Program-made: the position numbers and the translations under genes
Shown: in pieces, positions 1 through 13,326 of the stretch
How the letters are laid out: every line of letters starts with the position of its first letter
Position numbering within the stretch: the stretch's first letter is position 1
Notes under the pieces: generated by a model
Told to the model about the DNA's origin: nothing
Databases searched by the model: none
Seen by the model: the letters and a program-made list of their open reading frames with translations, nothing else
Assembly (NCBI RefSeq): GCF_009914755.1
Contig: NC_060937.1
Length of the DNA stretch: 64,000 nucleotides
Source of the DNA: the human T2T-CHM13v2.0 reference genome, Homo sapiens
Strand: one strand, 5' to 3'

Positions 1-143
1 GGCCCTTTGCACATAGGCTTGGCTGCCTGACACGTTCCAGCCAAGGGCTGCAGCTGGCCCCTTCCCCCCGCCCCGGTGATGCCAGAAGCCACATGTTCCG
101 GAGTGTGGAGCTGCAAGATGCAGGCAACCCAGAGCCAGAAGGG

Positions 144-372
144 GACCACCCGATGGGGAGGACAGAGACCACCCGATGGGGAGGATGCAGACCACCCGAT
201 GGGGAGGACAGAGACCACCCGATGGGGAGGACGCAGACCACCCAACGGGGAACACGGGGATCACCCAACTGGGAAGATGGGGGCCACCTGGACGGGGGGA
301 ACGGGGACCACGTTGATGGGGAGGACAGAGACCACGTGGATGGGAAAGATGGGGACCACGTGGATGGGGAGG
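144..372. repeat. ~23-bp minisatellite (gaccacccgatggggaggacaga)
   Basis: About 10 degenerate tandem copies. Confidence 0.85.
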
Positions 373-1254
373 GCGGCACCACTCAGCCTGGTTCACACCT
401 TTTGCAATAAGCAGCCGCCTCCTCCTGGGCTTTGGGCTGAAGGGGGACCTGCTCCAGGTTCTTAGCCGTGAAATGGGCACAGACCCGTTTCTCACCCCTG
501 ACAGGGAGGCTGTCCAGCCCTGGAGATGTTGTCACTCAGGCTCCCAGTGACCTCCTGTGCGCTGTGTATCCTGGGCCAGGGCACTGACCTCTCTGGGCCC
601 AGCGCCATCTCATGCTCACAGGTCTGATGACAATACTTCTCAGGAGGTGCTGGGAAGGCCAAAGGGATCATCCCATGTGCTTCTAAGTCAAACACGATTC
701 AGCGTGAAAAACACTGGCCTGGGTCATCAAGAAACCGGGTGCCAGGCAGGATGAAAGGAAGTGCCGCTGGCCTCATCTGAGCCAGAGCCTCCTGTCTGTC
801 ATGTGTGTGGGCTCTGACGCAGGGGGACCAGGATGCCCGGGTGGCAGCCGTGATCAGGGGAGGCATTCGGGCCACCTCAGGGGCCCCAAGAGGCTACCTG
901 CCTGCCTGGCCCTGCCCATGCGGCCAAAGTCCACCCCAGGGGCGGGGGCTGCGCCTCGGCCTCAGATGCACCGTCAGCTGCATTTGGCTCCTCTTACTAC
1001 TGAAGAGGGGAAGGAAGAGTGTGCAGCAGGGGCCTGGGCCGTTTCCCCGGAAGCGAAGAGCAGGAGGCCAGAGCCAGGTGGGCTCCCCTAGACCCTGCGG
1101 TGCTGCCGCCAAGCCCCCCACCCCCAGATGAGCCAGCCTGCAGCACACACTGGCGGGGTGGATGCCAGCCGAGTATTCCCAGGGGAAGCACTTTCCCTGT
1201 GCCACCCAGACAGAAGACGCAGGTGCTGGTTTCCTATGGGGCTCTGCGTGAGGA

Positions 1255-2020
1255 TGGGCGTCTGGGACCCTGGTCTCCTCTAGGACTCCATGTGTGAGGC
1301 TGGGCATTCGAGACCCTGGTCTCTGGGACTCCATGTGTGAGGCTGAGCGTTCGAGACCCTGGTCTCTGGGACTCCATGTGTGAGGCTGAGCGTTCGAGAT
1401 CCTGGTCTCCTCTGGGACTCCGTGTGTGAGGCTGAGCGTTCGAGACCCTGGTCTCTGGGACTCCATGTGTGAGGCTGAGCGTTCGAGACCCTGGTCTCTG
1501 GGACTCCATGTGTGAGGCTGAGCGTTCGAGACCCTGGTCTCTGGGACTCCATGTGTGAGGCTGAGCGTTCGAGATCCTGGTCTCCTCTGGGACTCCGTGT
1601 GTGAGGCTGAGCGTTCGAGACCCTGGTCTCTGGGACTCCATGTGTGAGGCTGAGCGTTCGAGACCCTGGTCTCTGGGACTCCATGTGTGAGGCTGAGCGT
1701 TCGAGACCCTGGTCTCTGGGACTCCATGTGTGAGGCTGAGCGTTCGAGATCCTGGTCTCCTCTGGGACTCCGTGTGTGAGGCTGAGCGTTCGAGACCCTG
1801 GTCTCTGGGACTCCATGTGTGAGGCTGAGCGTTCGAGACCCTGGTCTCTGGGACTCCATGTGTGAGGCTGAGCGTTCGAGATCCTGGTCTCTGGGACTCC
1901 ATGTGTGAGGCTGAGCGTTCGAGACCCTGATCTCCTCTGGGACTCCATGTGTGAGGCTGGGCATTCGATACCCTGGTCTCTGGGACTCTGTGTGTGAGGC
2001 TGGGCGTCTGAGACCCAGGA
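1255..2020. repeat. 43/46-bp VNTR (gggactccatgtgtgaggctgagcgttcgagaccctggtctct)
   Basis: About 17 near-identical units with a recurring 46-bp variant. Confidence 0.97.
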
Positions 2021-3557
2021 ACGTGCTGGAAACAGGAGCTGTTGACATCGTTTCCCAGGCTGGGCTGCTGCTGTTTCTCTGCCTGTCAGATGGAGACACA
2101 GTTCCAGCCTCGCAGGTGGCCTTCAGCACAGCACGCCAGGCACCCTGGGTGCTGCCCCCACTCTCCCCACCCAGAAGGCAGCTGCGCAGGGTCCCTGGCC
2201 TGGAGGACCTGCCTGGACCTGCCCAGCGCCCTGGACGAGGTCTGCCCTAGGCCTCCGCATGTCACCTGTCCTCTGAGCAGTTCCTGCCACTGCTTTACTC
2301 TCACCGCCTTCCTCTCCCCTTAGCACTTTACCTCCAAATGGGCTGTCCTTGCCGGCGGCTGACTCATTGCTCCTCCAGAGCAGGGAAGTTTGCAATGAGC
2401 TGAAGTCCTGTGGAGCCCAGAGCCGGAGGCTCACCCCCAGATTTAATTAATTAAAAAGTAAGAGCTTGTGAAGGTCACAGGGGCCAACATGAAGAGCTGC
2501 CAAAGGCCGATCATGGTGGCATGAGCAACAAAACGCACAGAGGCCGTGCTGATTGCAAACCACAGAATCCACTACTGTGGTCACTGACCTATACTTTTCA
2601 CAAACCACAGAATACAATAGACGCATATGAGTTCTGCTGCTGTCGCCACTGGCCGGGTCAACACGCAGCCCGGGAGGAGGGACCCACTGCTCTTCCCTGC
2701 AGGAGAACCTCGATGGATAAATGCCTGAGGAAATGGGGAAACAGAAAATCACCACGAGGCAAAGTCCACGGAACTGATTGCTGCTGACAAGACCCCCATG
2801 GATGCCAAAATCAGAGAAGTTCCAGGAGAATCAGGATTTGGTCTCCCAGTGTCTCCAGGACGATTATCCCCTACAGAGGAAGGACGGCGATTTGACCAGG
2901 AGACTCGGCAGACACCACCTGGACCTGTAGTTGGACACATCAGCTCAGGAGCCACTGAGAGACAGCCTTACCTCCACAGGATGCTTGCCAAATGGGCTGG
3001 ACTTCATACAGTCCTGAGAACACGAGACAGCAAAATCCATGCCCAGCCCCCAGGACAAGGATGGCCAGAGCTGACGCGGGCACGGGCAACCAGGGGACTG
3101 GGTGTCTGGATGCAGTGAGGGAGGATGAGGGAGACGGCAGGGCGCGGTAGGAACCCCTGGGCCAGCGGGCTCCAGGCAGCGGAGGCGGCCTGTTGGTGAT
3201 CGGTCAGCCAGTTACTGTGCCCTTTACCTTGAGGATGGGACACAGGTCCTCTGGCGTCTCCTTGGACTCCCTGATGCCTCTGAGAAAGGCACAGCGCCCC
3301 AGTGCCCGCCGGAGGTGAGGTGGGAGCCAGGTGGGAGCAGTCAGTGCCCCTCACGAGCACTGCAGATGGCCGGCGGCCATGGCTCTCTAAGGCCCGCTTG
3401 GTGGATGCTGAGCCCTGCCCTCAGGGAGCGCTGGCCCCTCGGGTCCCTGGGCCCTGACAGTCCCACTGAGGCTCGGCTCCATTTCTGCAAATGGCTGCCT
3501 CCCACAGGAGAGCTCGGGGAGAGCTCCGGGCCGGGGTCAGACAGCAGCGTTGGCTCC

Positions 3558-4151
3558 TGTCAACAAAGAGTCAAACTCTGTAAAATGTGGGGAGATTCAT
3601 TCTGAGCCCAAGACAAGTGACCGTGGGCCATGACCCAGCCCTCAGGAGGGCCTGAGGACATGTGTCCAGGGTGGTCAGAGAGTAGCTTGCTTTTATGCAT
3701 TTTAGGGAGAATGAGACTTCAGGCAATACATTTAAGAAATATGCTGGTTCGGCTCAGAAAGGCAGGGCAATGCAAAGCAGTCAGGGGAGCAGAACTCTCA
3801 GGTTATAGGAAGATTTAAAAACTTTCCGGTGGACAATTGGTTACATTTATCTAAAGACCTGGGATCAATAATAGAAAGGAATGCCTGAGTTCAGATCCAG
3901 GATCCTGGAAACCCAGGTTCTTATTTGTGGAGGAGGCCTTCAGGTAGCAGCTTCAGAGGGCTGTGAAATGTTTCTCATCAGACTTCAGGTCTGTGTGGAC
4001 GTTAATGCTGGAAAGGTAGAACGAGGCATGTCTGACCCCCGTTCCCGTCATGGCTGGAAACCACCTCTCGGGTTACATTTTAAGAGGGCTCTGGTGAGGA
4101 CGAGGTCCACTCAGATGGTTGGGAACCTTAGTGTTTTATTTTTGGCTTACG
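3558..4151 (-). mobile_element. MER4-group ERV1 solo LTR
   Basis: Reverse complement begins GTAAGCCAAAAATAAAAC...CCCAACCATCTGAGTGGAC and contains the ccctcagga/acatgtg.ccagggtggtc block; family assigned from recall. Confidence 0.75.
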
Positions 4152-4914
4152 CTCTGTTGGTGGGTGATGACGAGTGTCAGGCATGGCCCCTTGCAACGTG
4201 AGGGAAGGCAGCAGGGCCTGTGGCCAGGGCTGGTGGGAGCCCTACCAGACATTCCATGGAAACACCTGGTGGAGGAGGCTCTCAGCAAATGCCCGCAGTC
4301 CCTGCACCCGGCTGGCACATCTCCACGAGCGCGCCTCCTCCACACACTCATCGTGGGCAGGTTTGGTCATCACTGACGGGCTGCTCTGCCTCTCCTCTCC
4401 TCTGGCTCGGGACCTTCAGTATCCCGACAGGAAGGAATGCGGTACAAGTGCATCCCAAGACGCACGCTGCAGGTCACCCCAAGGCCTCACAGACCCCAGT
4501 CACCCCGGGATGGATCCCTCCCCAGGTTGTGACCTTGCTCCCCTCCTGCTGGAAACCTTCTCCAGACACAAGCCCCTCAGGTGGCAGGGCTCATCTTGTC
4601 CTGGAGGCTGCCTTCCCCTCCCCTGATGCTCCAGACCCCTCCAGGTCACCTGGAGATGGATGCAGAGAAGCTGCCCAGCTCCCCATGTCCAGGGTCACCT
4701 CACTGCCGGGACCCCCTCCAGTGGGCTTGCACCCCCCTGCCACCCCATTCTGATCCCGGCTCTGCTGAGGCCATCCTGCTGCCTGCCAGGACCAGGTGCC
4801 AGGGCAGGTTGCTGCTGGATGGGCTTCCTTGCTGGGTTACCTGCTCCGATGGGGAGAAAGGTCCTCCTTACACCGCACTGACAATGGCCTTGGAAATGTT
4901 CCCCTTGCGGCCCT

Positions 4915-5725
4915 GTAGGTGTGTGATGGGCCCTCCAGGTGTGTGACGGGCCCTCCAGGTGTGTGATGAGTCCTGCAGGTGTGTGCTGGACCCTCCAGGT
5001 GTGTGACGGGCTCTGCAGGTGTGTGACAAGTCCTCCAGGTGTGTGATGGGCCCTCCAGGTGTGTGACAAGTCCTCCAGGTGTGTGATGGATCCTCCAGGT
5101 GTGACAAGTCCTCCAGGTGTGTGATGGGCCCTCCAGGTGTGTGACAAGTCCTCCAGGTGTGTGATGGGCCCTCCAGGTGTGTGACAAGTCCTCCAGGTGT
5201 GTGATGGGCCCTCCAGGTGTGTGACAAGTCCTCCAGGTGTGTGATGGGCCCTCCAGGTGTGTGACAAGTCCTCCAGGTGTGTGATGGATCCTCCAGGTGT
5301 GACAAGTCCTCCAGGTGTGTGATGGGCCCTCCAGGTGTGTGACAAGTCCTCCAGGTGTGTGATGGGCCCTCCAGGTGTGTGACAAGTCCTCCAGGTGTGT
5401 GATGGGCCCTCCAGGTGTGTGACAAGTCCTCCAGGTGTGTGATGGATCCTCCAGGTGTGACAAGTCCTCCAGGTGTGTGATGGGCCCTCCAGGTGTGTGA
5501 CAAGTCCTCCAGGTGTGTGATGGGCCCTCCAGGTGTGTGACAAGTCCTCCAGGTGTGTGATGGGCCCTCCAGGTGTGTGACAAGTCCTCCAGGTGTGTGA
5601 TGGATCCTCCAGGTGTGACAAGTCCTCCAGGTGTGTGATGAGTCCTCCAGGTGTGTGACGGGCCCTCCAGGTGTGTGACGGGCTCTGCAGGTGTGCGAAG
5701 GACCCTCCAGGTGTGTGTCAGGCTC
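4915..5725. repeat. 20-bp VNTR with alternating units ccaggtgtgtgatgggccct / ccaggtgtgtgacaagtcct
   Basis: About 40 units, directly visible. Confidence 0.97.
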
Positions 5726-5870
5726 TCCAGTTGTGCGTGGGCCGTTCCGGGTTTCATGGGCCCTCGGATGTGTGATGAGGCATCTTCCCGGGAACAGCAG
5801 GCAGGTTACTTTGTGCCCTCTCCCAGGCCACACCACATGGCTTGTGGTCCACTGAAACCATCAGGTCTTC

Positions 5871-6118
5871 TCCCAGCACTTTAAGAGGCCAAGACAGGCG
5901 GATCACGAGGTCAGGAGATAGAGACCATCCTGGCTAACATGGAGAAACCCCATCTCTACTAAAAATACAAAAAACTAGTCAGGTGTGATGGTGGGCCCCT
6001 GCAGTCCCAGCTACTCAGGAGGCTGAGGCAGGAGAATGGCGTGAACCCTGGAGGCAGAGATTGCAGTGAGCCGAGACTGCGCCACTGCACTCAGCCTGGG
6101 CGACAGAGCGAGAATCTG
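5871..6118 (+). mobile_element. Alu (AluY-like, 5' truncated)
   Basis: gagaccatcctggctaac and ggagaatggcgtgaacc diagnostic segments. Confidence 0.92.
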
Positions 6119-6165
<47 letters not shown>

Positions 6166-6167
6166 AA

Positions 6168-6243
<76 letters not shown>

Positions 6244-6253
6244 GAAAGAAAAA
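6119..6253. repeat. (GA)n/(GAAA)n microsatellite in the Alu tail
   Basis: Directly visible. Confidence 0.97.
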
Positions 6254-6489
6254 CCAAGTCTTCATCTGAGCTACTCCCAAGTCAAGGCCCTTAATACTGT
6301 GCTCTAGTAAACGAAAATGTAGCTCATTTTGTTCCTCCCTTGGGAGGCGTCGAATCGTCAGTCTGTTTCTCTACATATTGACCCTTTTGTTCAGATTGTG
6401 ACAAGATCTGGCCATTGCCAGTCTTATCCAGGCCATGTGACAGGAGGTCAGCCAGGGGAACCACCTTGAGGTCAGTGCATGTTTAGAGT

Positions 6490-6980
6490 CCAGTGCTCTG
6501 TGGGCTGGAGTGCAGGGCAGTAAACCCACCGCTGACCGTTCACTGTGATTTAGGGTCCAGTTCACCGCACTGTGGGCTGGAGTGCAGGGCAGTAAACCCA
6601 CCGCTGCCCGTTCACTGTGATTTAGGGTCCAGTTCACTGCACTGTGGCCTGGAGTGCAGGGCAGTAAACCCACCGCTGCCCGTTCACCGTGATTTAGGGT
6701 CCAGTTCACTGCACTGCGGGCTGGAGTGCAGGGCAGTAAACCCACCGCCGACCGTTCACTGTGATTTAGGGTCCAGTTCACTGCACTGCGGGCTGGAGTG
6801 CAGGGCAGTAAACCCACCGCTGCCCGTTCACTGTGATTTAGGGTCCAGTTCACTGCACTGTGGCCTGGAGTGCAGGGCAGTAAACCCACCGCTGCCCGTT
6901 CACTGTGATTTAGGGTCCAGTTCACTGCACTGTGGGCTGGAGTGCAGGGCAGTAAACCCACCGCTGCCCGTTCACCGTGA
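6490..6980. repeat. 72-bp VNTR, about 6.8 copies
   Basis: 24-codon periodicity in ORF 6493..6984. Confidence 0.96.
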
Positions 6981-9729
6981 GTGAATGCCGCGTTTAAAAC
7001 GCTAACCGAATTTGGCGTTCTTGCTGACACATTTTTATTGCTATTGTACGAGGTATCAGTGCAGAACGGGTTTGGATTGGTGACGGCTTTATTTGCGCCC
7101 CGCTGTGTCAAGCTCCCCAGCGGAGACCCTCACCTAGCACTGTACTCCCCACCGGCCAATTGGACCAACGTCGCGTGGAGGAAGAACTTGATGAAAGCTC
7201 ATCTTGAGAAGCACACGCACCCCTCTAACTCACGTAACAGGACCTATGTGGCATGTGGTTGGAACAGGGCTTCCCAGGACCCTCGGGGGGACCAGTCCCC
7301 CTCTGTGGTGGGGCATCCTGGGAACTGAAGGGCGTCCTGCAGGCTCTGCACGCGGCACACAGGAATGCCAGCCACACACACACTTGACACACAATGCTGG
7401 CGCAGGAGGACCCAGGCCAGGAGGCTGTGTGGCTCGTCAGCCGGGTGAGGTGGTCAGCTGTGTCAGGTAGTAGCTAGGCCAGCACAAATATCCCAGTGTG
7501 CTGTGGGTGGCAGCTGTTGGTCCAGGGAGGACCCCAGGGTGAAAGGAGGGCACTGGGGTGGGAGCAGAACGGGGCCGCAGAGGACGGAGAGCCTGTCCCT
7601 GTGCCCTATGGCATCGTCAGGCCACGCTGGCTGTTGGCATCCAGGCCATTGGGTCTCCTGGGTCCTCCCCTCCACCCTGGAACAGTAGAGGGGTCCGAAG
7701 CCTGGTCTGACTGCTCGCTGGCCGAGGAGGAAACCTGCGCCCGGCAGCTCTCTGAGGGTCTCACAGTTGGGGAACAGCAAAGCCACAGCAGAGCTGGGGC
7801 TCCTGGCTGCCCTTTGGAGCCCCACAGCGGCGACAGGAGAGGAAGGCCTGGCACCCTTGGGGCCGACCGGCAGGTGCGTGGGCCGAAGGCACCCGTGGTT
7901 ACTGCTGGGGCTGTCTCTTCCCTCTCTCTGGCTGTGGCCAGCACTGCAGGCCAAGATGCTCTGGGAGAGAGGGGCCAGCCACAGACCCGGGGGCTGTCGT
8001 CAGCCTGGCAGCACTACAGAAGGTGAGGTGGAGCGGGAAGCCTGAAGATTCCTGAAGGGGCCTTTGGCCCTGGAAAAGGCACATCAGAGCTGCGTGCTTG
8101 GAGGAAACGCTGTATATAAAATTTGGTTCCTCAATGCTGCTGGAATCTTCCACACCGTGGCTCCAGGACAAGCATCGGGGCAGGTTACTTACGGGGAAGG
8201 GGGTTGGGGGAGGCTGGAGCAACTGGGAGTAAAATACTGGCTGCTGCCAGGGCAGGAGGGCGGACCAACCTCAAAGGGCCCAAAAGACCCAGAACCCGCT
8301 CCAGATGGGCAGGGCAGCCAGGAGTAGGTCACTGCTGCCGTCTGCTGTCGGAAGCAGGAGTTTCATTCTGCCCACGTGGCCTCCAAGTTCCAGCAGAAGA
8401 CAGCTCCTCAGGAAGCAGGGAGCTCAGGGCCTGATGGGGCCATTAGGCCTTTTTATTTACCTGAAATGATGGCCCAAGGCTGGGTGAGGCTTCACAGATG
8501 TGAGAAGCAGCTGGCATCACAGTGGGTGGAGCGGGGAGCTGGCAGCAAGGCTTGGTTGGTTCTTGGCCCCACCTGTGCAGCTTCTGCGGCCCCGGGTGTC
8601 CATTTCCACCTCCCGAGATTCCTTGGGCCCAGGCCTGTAGTGGACACAAGCAGGTCCCGGACACACAGCCAAGCAGATGCGCAGCCATGTAGACAAGGAG
8701 CCCAGGAAGCACACAGGCCGACCCCGTGACACTTCCCCCCAGACACTCACTCAGGGGTCCACACCCACCATGGCCCATCAGCCAGGCCATTGGGAGGATG
8801 ACAGCATATCCATGGGATTGGGGGTCAGCAGTGCTTTCCTGACCCCTCCTCCATGATTCTGGCCTGCCGAGCACTGACTGCCCTCTCTAGGAGCCCATGT
8901 CCAGCCAGGGTGCTGCCCCAGCGCCCATCGGGGCCATGGAGCGGGGCTCAGGCTGACCCATGAAAAGCCCACGTCCTGCCACAGGGACTCAGGGGACTTC
9001 TCATCGTTCCCAAGAGATGGTGTGGAGTTCTCAAAAACCTGCCTGAGCACACATTTATATCTGGCAATTTTTTAAAAAACTAACTACTGAGGAGTCACAT
9101 AGACATGACTCAGCATGAAAGGAACCAGCCCCAGAAGAGCCCACAGCACCGGTTCAAGACCAGGCAAAACTAGCAGAAGGGACCAACGTCTGCCTGGCAC
9201 CTGCCTCCTGGGACTGAAGCCCAGTGACTGGGGAGGCACAAAGAGGAAACTTCTATTTATTGTTCTTGACATCAAAAATGTTAAATTACTTATGAGTGGC
9301 TTTGACCAAAACAAGTGGTGGACATATACTCGGAAAGCTACATGAGAAAGTTAACCAGGAGGCCCTGGGCTGAGGCGGCTTCAGTGCCTGGGACCCTGTG
9401 TGAGCACACCGAAGCCCACTGGGAACTGGGCCACGAAACTGACACTGCCCAGAAACTGCCAAACCAGCCTCTCACCAGGGACTTCCTTTTAACCAGATGT
9501 CTTGTCTTTGTCCCGCTTCTGCAGACACTTAGAAAAGAGCTCCGCCCCTCAACCTCAGTGGAGCGCTGAACCTCACGCTGAACCTCACACGTTCTGGTAC
9601 TGCTCAGTTCATGAATTGCTGAACGCTCCAACAGACCCCTTTGAATCTCAGTGTGCATGAGCTTATCACCTAAAACTACAAAACGCTACTGAGATAAATC
9701 GAAGGAGACCTGAATAAATTAAGAGATTT

Positions 9730-10410
9730 GTATTGTGGTATAATAAAAAATACATCTGGTCTTTGTCCCCTGTTCCAGGGACAGAACTCCTTAAATCTTT
9801 GGAATTTCCTGATAGGGGTGTCTGATTTCATAACAACTCTTTTTCACCACATTTGTTTACCCTAATGAGGTGACTCTTGGGGGACCCCAAGGTAGCTTTA
9901 GGGTGGGAGCTTGTTGCCAGAGGAACCAACCATGTAATTAGAGAGGAACTTCCAGCCCCCCTCACCGCCCCCACTCCTGGGAGGGGCCAGAGATTGAGTT
10001 TGTGTTCAATCACCAATGACCAATGACTTAATCAATCATACCTGTGTAATGAGGCCTAGATAAAAACTTTTGGGCATCAGGGTTGGGGAGCCCCCAGGCT
10101 GGGGAGCCCCCACGGTGCTCAGAGATCAGTGCCCACCTCCCCACTCTCTTCACTGAGCTGTTCATGGGTTTCCTTCATAATAAGCATGATTGTACGTAAA
10201 GCACTTTCCTGAGCCCTGGGAGGTGTTCTAGTGAATCTGAGGGGATGTAAAGTTCCCCAAATCTGCAGTTGTCAGGAGTGAGTGTGGGTTGCCTGGGTAC
10301 CCATGTACGGCTGTCATCAGAAGTAGGGGCAGAGTCTTGTGGGACAGAGCCCTTCACCTTCAGGGTCTGTGACACTCCAGGTCGTCAGTGTCAGAAGAGT
10401 GTGTGTGACT
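9730..10410 (+). mobile_element. MER21-like LTR
   Basis: Start tattgtggtataataa...ggtctttgtcccc...ttggaatttcctga resembles the MER21 consensus (recall). Confidence 0.7.
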
Positions 10411-10659
10411 CCCCAAAACAGGAAGGGCCTTTGAGATGAAGACGATTAAGAAGAAACAGGTCCAGGAGTGCTCTCCGGATTCCTCTTTTTGCCTAAAGCA
10501 GGGCATAGATTTACAAAGACAAAGGGCATTCTGTCCCCTCTTGCAGGGAGAACAAAGGCTAAGCCCTGAAGACAGTGTCAGGCCCTCACACCCGCAGATG
10601 CCCCGACAAGCTGTGCTCCCAGCCTCTGCCAGTCCTGTGCCTGGCCCCAAGCTGCCCAC

Positions 10660-11435
10660 AGAGGGACCTCGGTGCTCCCATGTGTGGAGTGGGGTCATCA
10701 CTCATGTCTCAGGCACCTTGGTGCTCCCATCGCCCCCTGCCTTGGGGACCTTGGTGCTCCCATCTGTAGAGTGGGGTCATCATTCTTGCTTGAGGGACCT
10801 CAATGCAACCATCTGTAGAGTGGGGTCCTCACTCCCTGCCTCAAAGACCTCAGTGCTCCCATCTGGAGAATACGGTCATCACCCCCACCTCGGGGACCTC
10901 AGTGCTTCCATCTGTAGAGTGGGGTCCTCGCCCCCTGCCTCGGGCACCTCGGTGCTCCCATCTGTAGAGTGGGGTCATCACTCTTGCCTGAGGGACCTCA
11001 ATGCACCCATCTGTAGAGTGGGGTCATCACCCCCTGCCTCAGAGACCTCGGTGCTCCCATCTGGAGAATATGGTCATCACCCCCACCTTGGGGACCTCAC
11101 TGCTCCCATCTGTAGAGTGGGGTCCTCACCCCCTGCCTTGGGAACCTCGGTGCTCCCATCTGTAGAGTGGGGTCCTCGCCCCCTGCCTCGGGCACCTCGG
11201 TGCTCCCATCTGTAGAGTGGGGTCATCACTCTTGCCTGAGGGACCTCAATGCACCCGTCTGTAGAGTGGGGTCATCACCCCCTGCCTCAGAGACCTCGGT
11301 GCTCCCATCTGGAGAATATGGTCATCACCCCCACCTTGGGGACCTCACTGCTCCCATCTGTAGAGTGGGGTCCTCACCCCCTGCCTTGGGCACCTCGGTG
11401 CTCCCATCTGTAGAGTGGGGTCATCACCCCCTGCC
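10660..11435. repeat. ~50-bp VNTR (ctcggtgctcccatctgtagagtggggtcatcacccc...)
   Basis: About 15 copies with higher-order variant cycling. Confidence 0.95.
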
Positions 11436-13189
11436 TGCCCCTCAAGGTGTTCAGGGCCAGAAGGGCTGTGTCCTGCCTCTCCCCAGAGTGGCCTGGCTTC
11501 TGTCCCTGAGGAGTTGCTTTCACATTGCCCTTTTCAGACCTGGACACAGCATTGCAACACGGAGAGTTGACCTCCCAGCCCAGACCAGCCCAGGTGCCTC
11601 TGCCCCTGTGTGCACCAGGGCTGGCCCTGCCTCTCCTGCAGGGCCCTGGGCAGCTTTCTCCCACAGCTGGGTCTGGGGTTCAGCAGGAGCCGGCGCCCAG
11701 GGGAGACACAGGAGAGACTCCCTCCCGCTCCAGGGCACGGGAGTCCTGCCGTCTCTGGTGAACCTTGCACCCACCACAGCCTTCAGAACCAGAGCCAGAG
11801 AGAAGACCCTGTCTCCCGGCAGGGCCACCCTTCCCCGGGGCCCCGGGATGTCCGTGGCGCTGGCGAGGCTTGGGAAGGCCGGGCGTTCAGAGGAACTCGG
11901 GATGTCCACGGCTGAGGGTTTTGTGGGGTCACGTGGGAAGGACACAGGGGAATTTCCACACCATTCACAGCACAGGGTTTCCCATGGGGGCTCTCTAGGC
12001 TGAGGCCTGTGGGGCCCTCATGGGCGTGTGGTCCTGGTGTGGGGAGGCCCAGCCTCTATGAGGTGATCATCATAAGGGACGTAGTGACAGCCCCGTCCCC
12101 CTCCAGCGAATGCTCAGCTGGGGAGGAGGTATGGAAATCCTGCCTTCCTTGCTTGGATCTCGGGTGTCTGTGGTTTCCAGGACGGAAACAGGCAGCCTGA
12201 GCCCTGAGCACCGGGGCCCCCACGGGGTGGTGCTGTTGGCCAGGGAGGAAAGAAGGGCAAGGTCGTCCCTGCGGGCCGGGCTGGAGCCGGGCGGGGCCTT
12301 TGCTTGTGGGAGGCGCCCGACGTCCCTTCGTGGACTGCGTGTGGATGGAACTGCTTTGGCCTCGGCTCTGCCCGGCCACACAGTGCCAGCACCACTCCCC
12401 CCCGCCGCCACCAACAGCACTGCCCACTCGGGGGAGATCCCGGCCGGGTTTCCAGACCTCAAGACTGAAAGGCATAGAGGGGCCCAGCCAGGCCCAGGCC
12501 CCAGCGCCTGCCCCAAGGCTGCACTCGCTCCCCGCCCCCCATGCCCTGCTCCCCAAGCCTCCTCCAGGCCCCAGCGCCTGCCCCAAGGCTGCATTCATCC
12601 CCCTGCTCCTCCTCCAGGCCCCACTGTAGTCACTCACAGGCGTCGCCAGGCCATGGCGCTGCGGCCCTCCCATTTCAAAGTGGTTGCCTTTTTTGCGAAA
12701 CTCCACGTAGAGATGTGCTGAACTCGACTGTCTACGACGCCCAGAGGGAACGGGGCTCCAAGAGGCTGGGGACCGGCGGCACCTGCTGCTCTGTGTTCAG
12801 CACTCCGGACAGGGCCTGGCAGGGGCCACAGTGCAACGCGACCCCACTCTCGTAAGACAACCTATGCCTCTCTCCGTATATGGCACCATCTATATGCACA
12901 GGGATTGAATACATGGTCCCGTGTGTGGGCATCTAAACCCAGACAGAGAAAACTCTGGAAAGAACACACGATTGTTCCGACAGCCCCCAAGGAACCAGAA
13001 CGTTGAACTGAGACTCGCCCTTTCCCACATCACCTGCAGTGAAAACACACAGAACACTTGGCAGGGGTGGGGGTGACACGGCAGGGAAGAGGTGGCCAGT
13101 GGCACGGACACAGGTGTTTGGAGCCCGGCAGGGACACAGCCAAGGTGTAGCTGGCGTGGCTGGAGGAACTGCGCCGGCTCAGGGTCTGT

Positions 13190-13326
13190 GCTGCTGTGTG
13201 GCCGCCGCTCCCGCCTGCCCAGGGCCGCTGTGTGGCCACCCCTCCGCCTGCCCAGGGCCGCTGTGTGGCTGCCGCTCCCGCCTGCCCAGGGCCGCTGTGT
13301 GGCCGCCGCTCCCGCCTGCTCAGGGC
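13190..13326. repeat. ~34-bp repeat, 4 copies (gctgtgtggccgccgctcccgcctgcccagggcc)
   Basis: Directly visible. Confidence 0.9.

Noticed and set aside
894-2129. 411-aa ORF and the repeat as a possible CRISPR-like array
   Set aside because: Head-to-tail units with no unique spacers, in eukaryotic DNA with no cas genes; it is a VNTR.
4695-5836. ORFs of ~300 aa in three frames
   Set aside because: Artefact of the 20-bp VNTR.
9085-9730. Possible LTR and L1 fragments
   Set aside because: The sequence has repeat-like character but I could not assign a family or boundaries reliably.
12495-12602. ~29-bp direct repeat caggccccagcgcctgccccaaggctgca, two copies
   Set aside because: A simple local duplication with no further structure.
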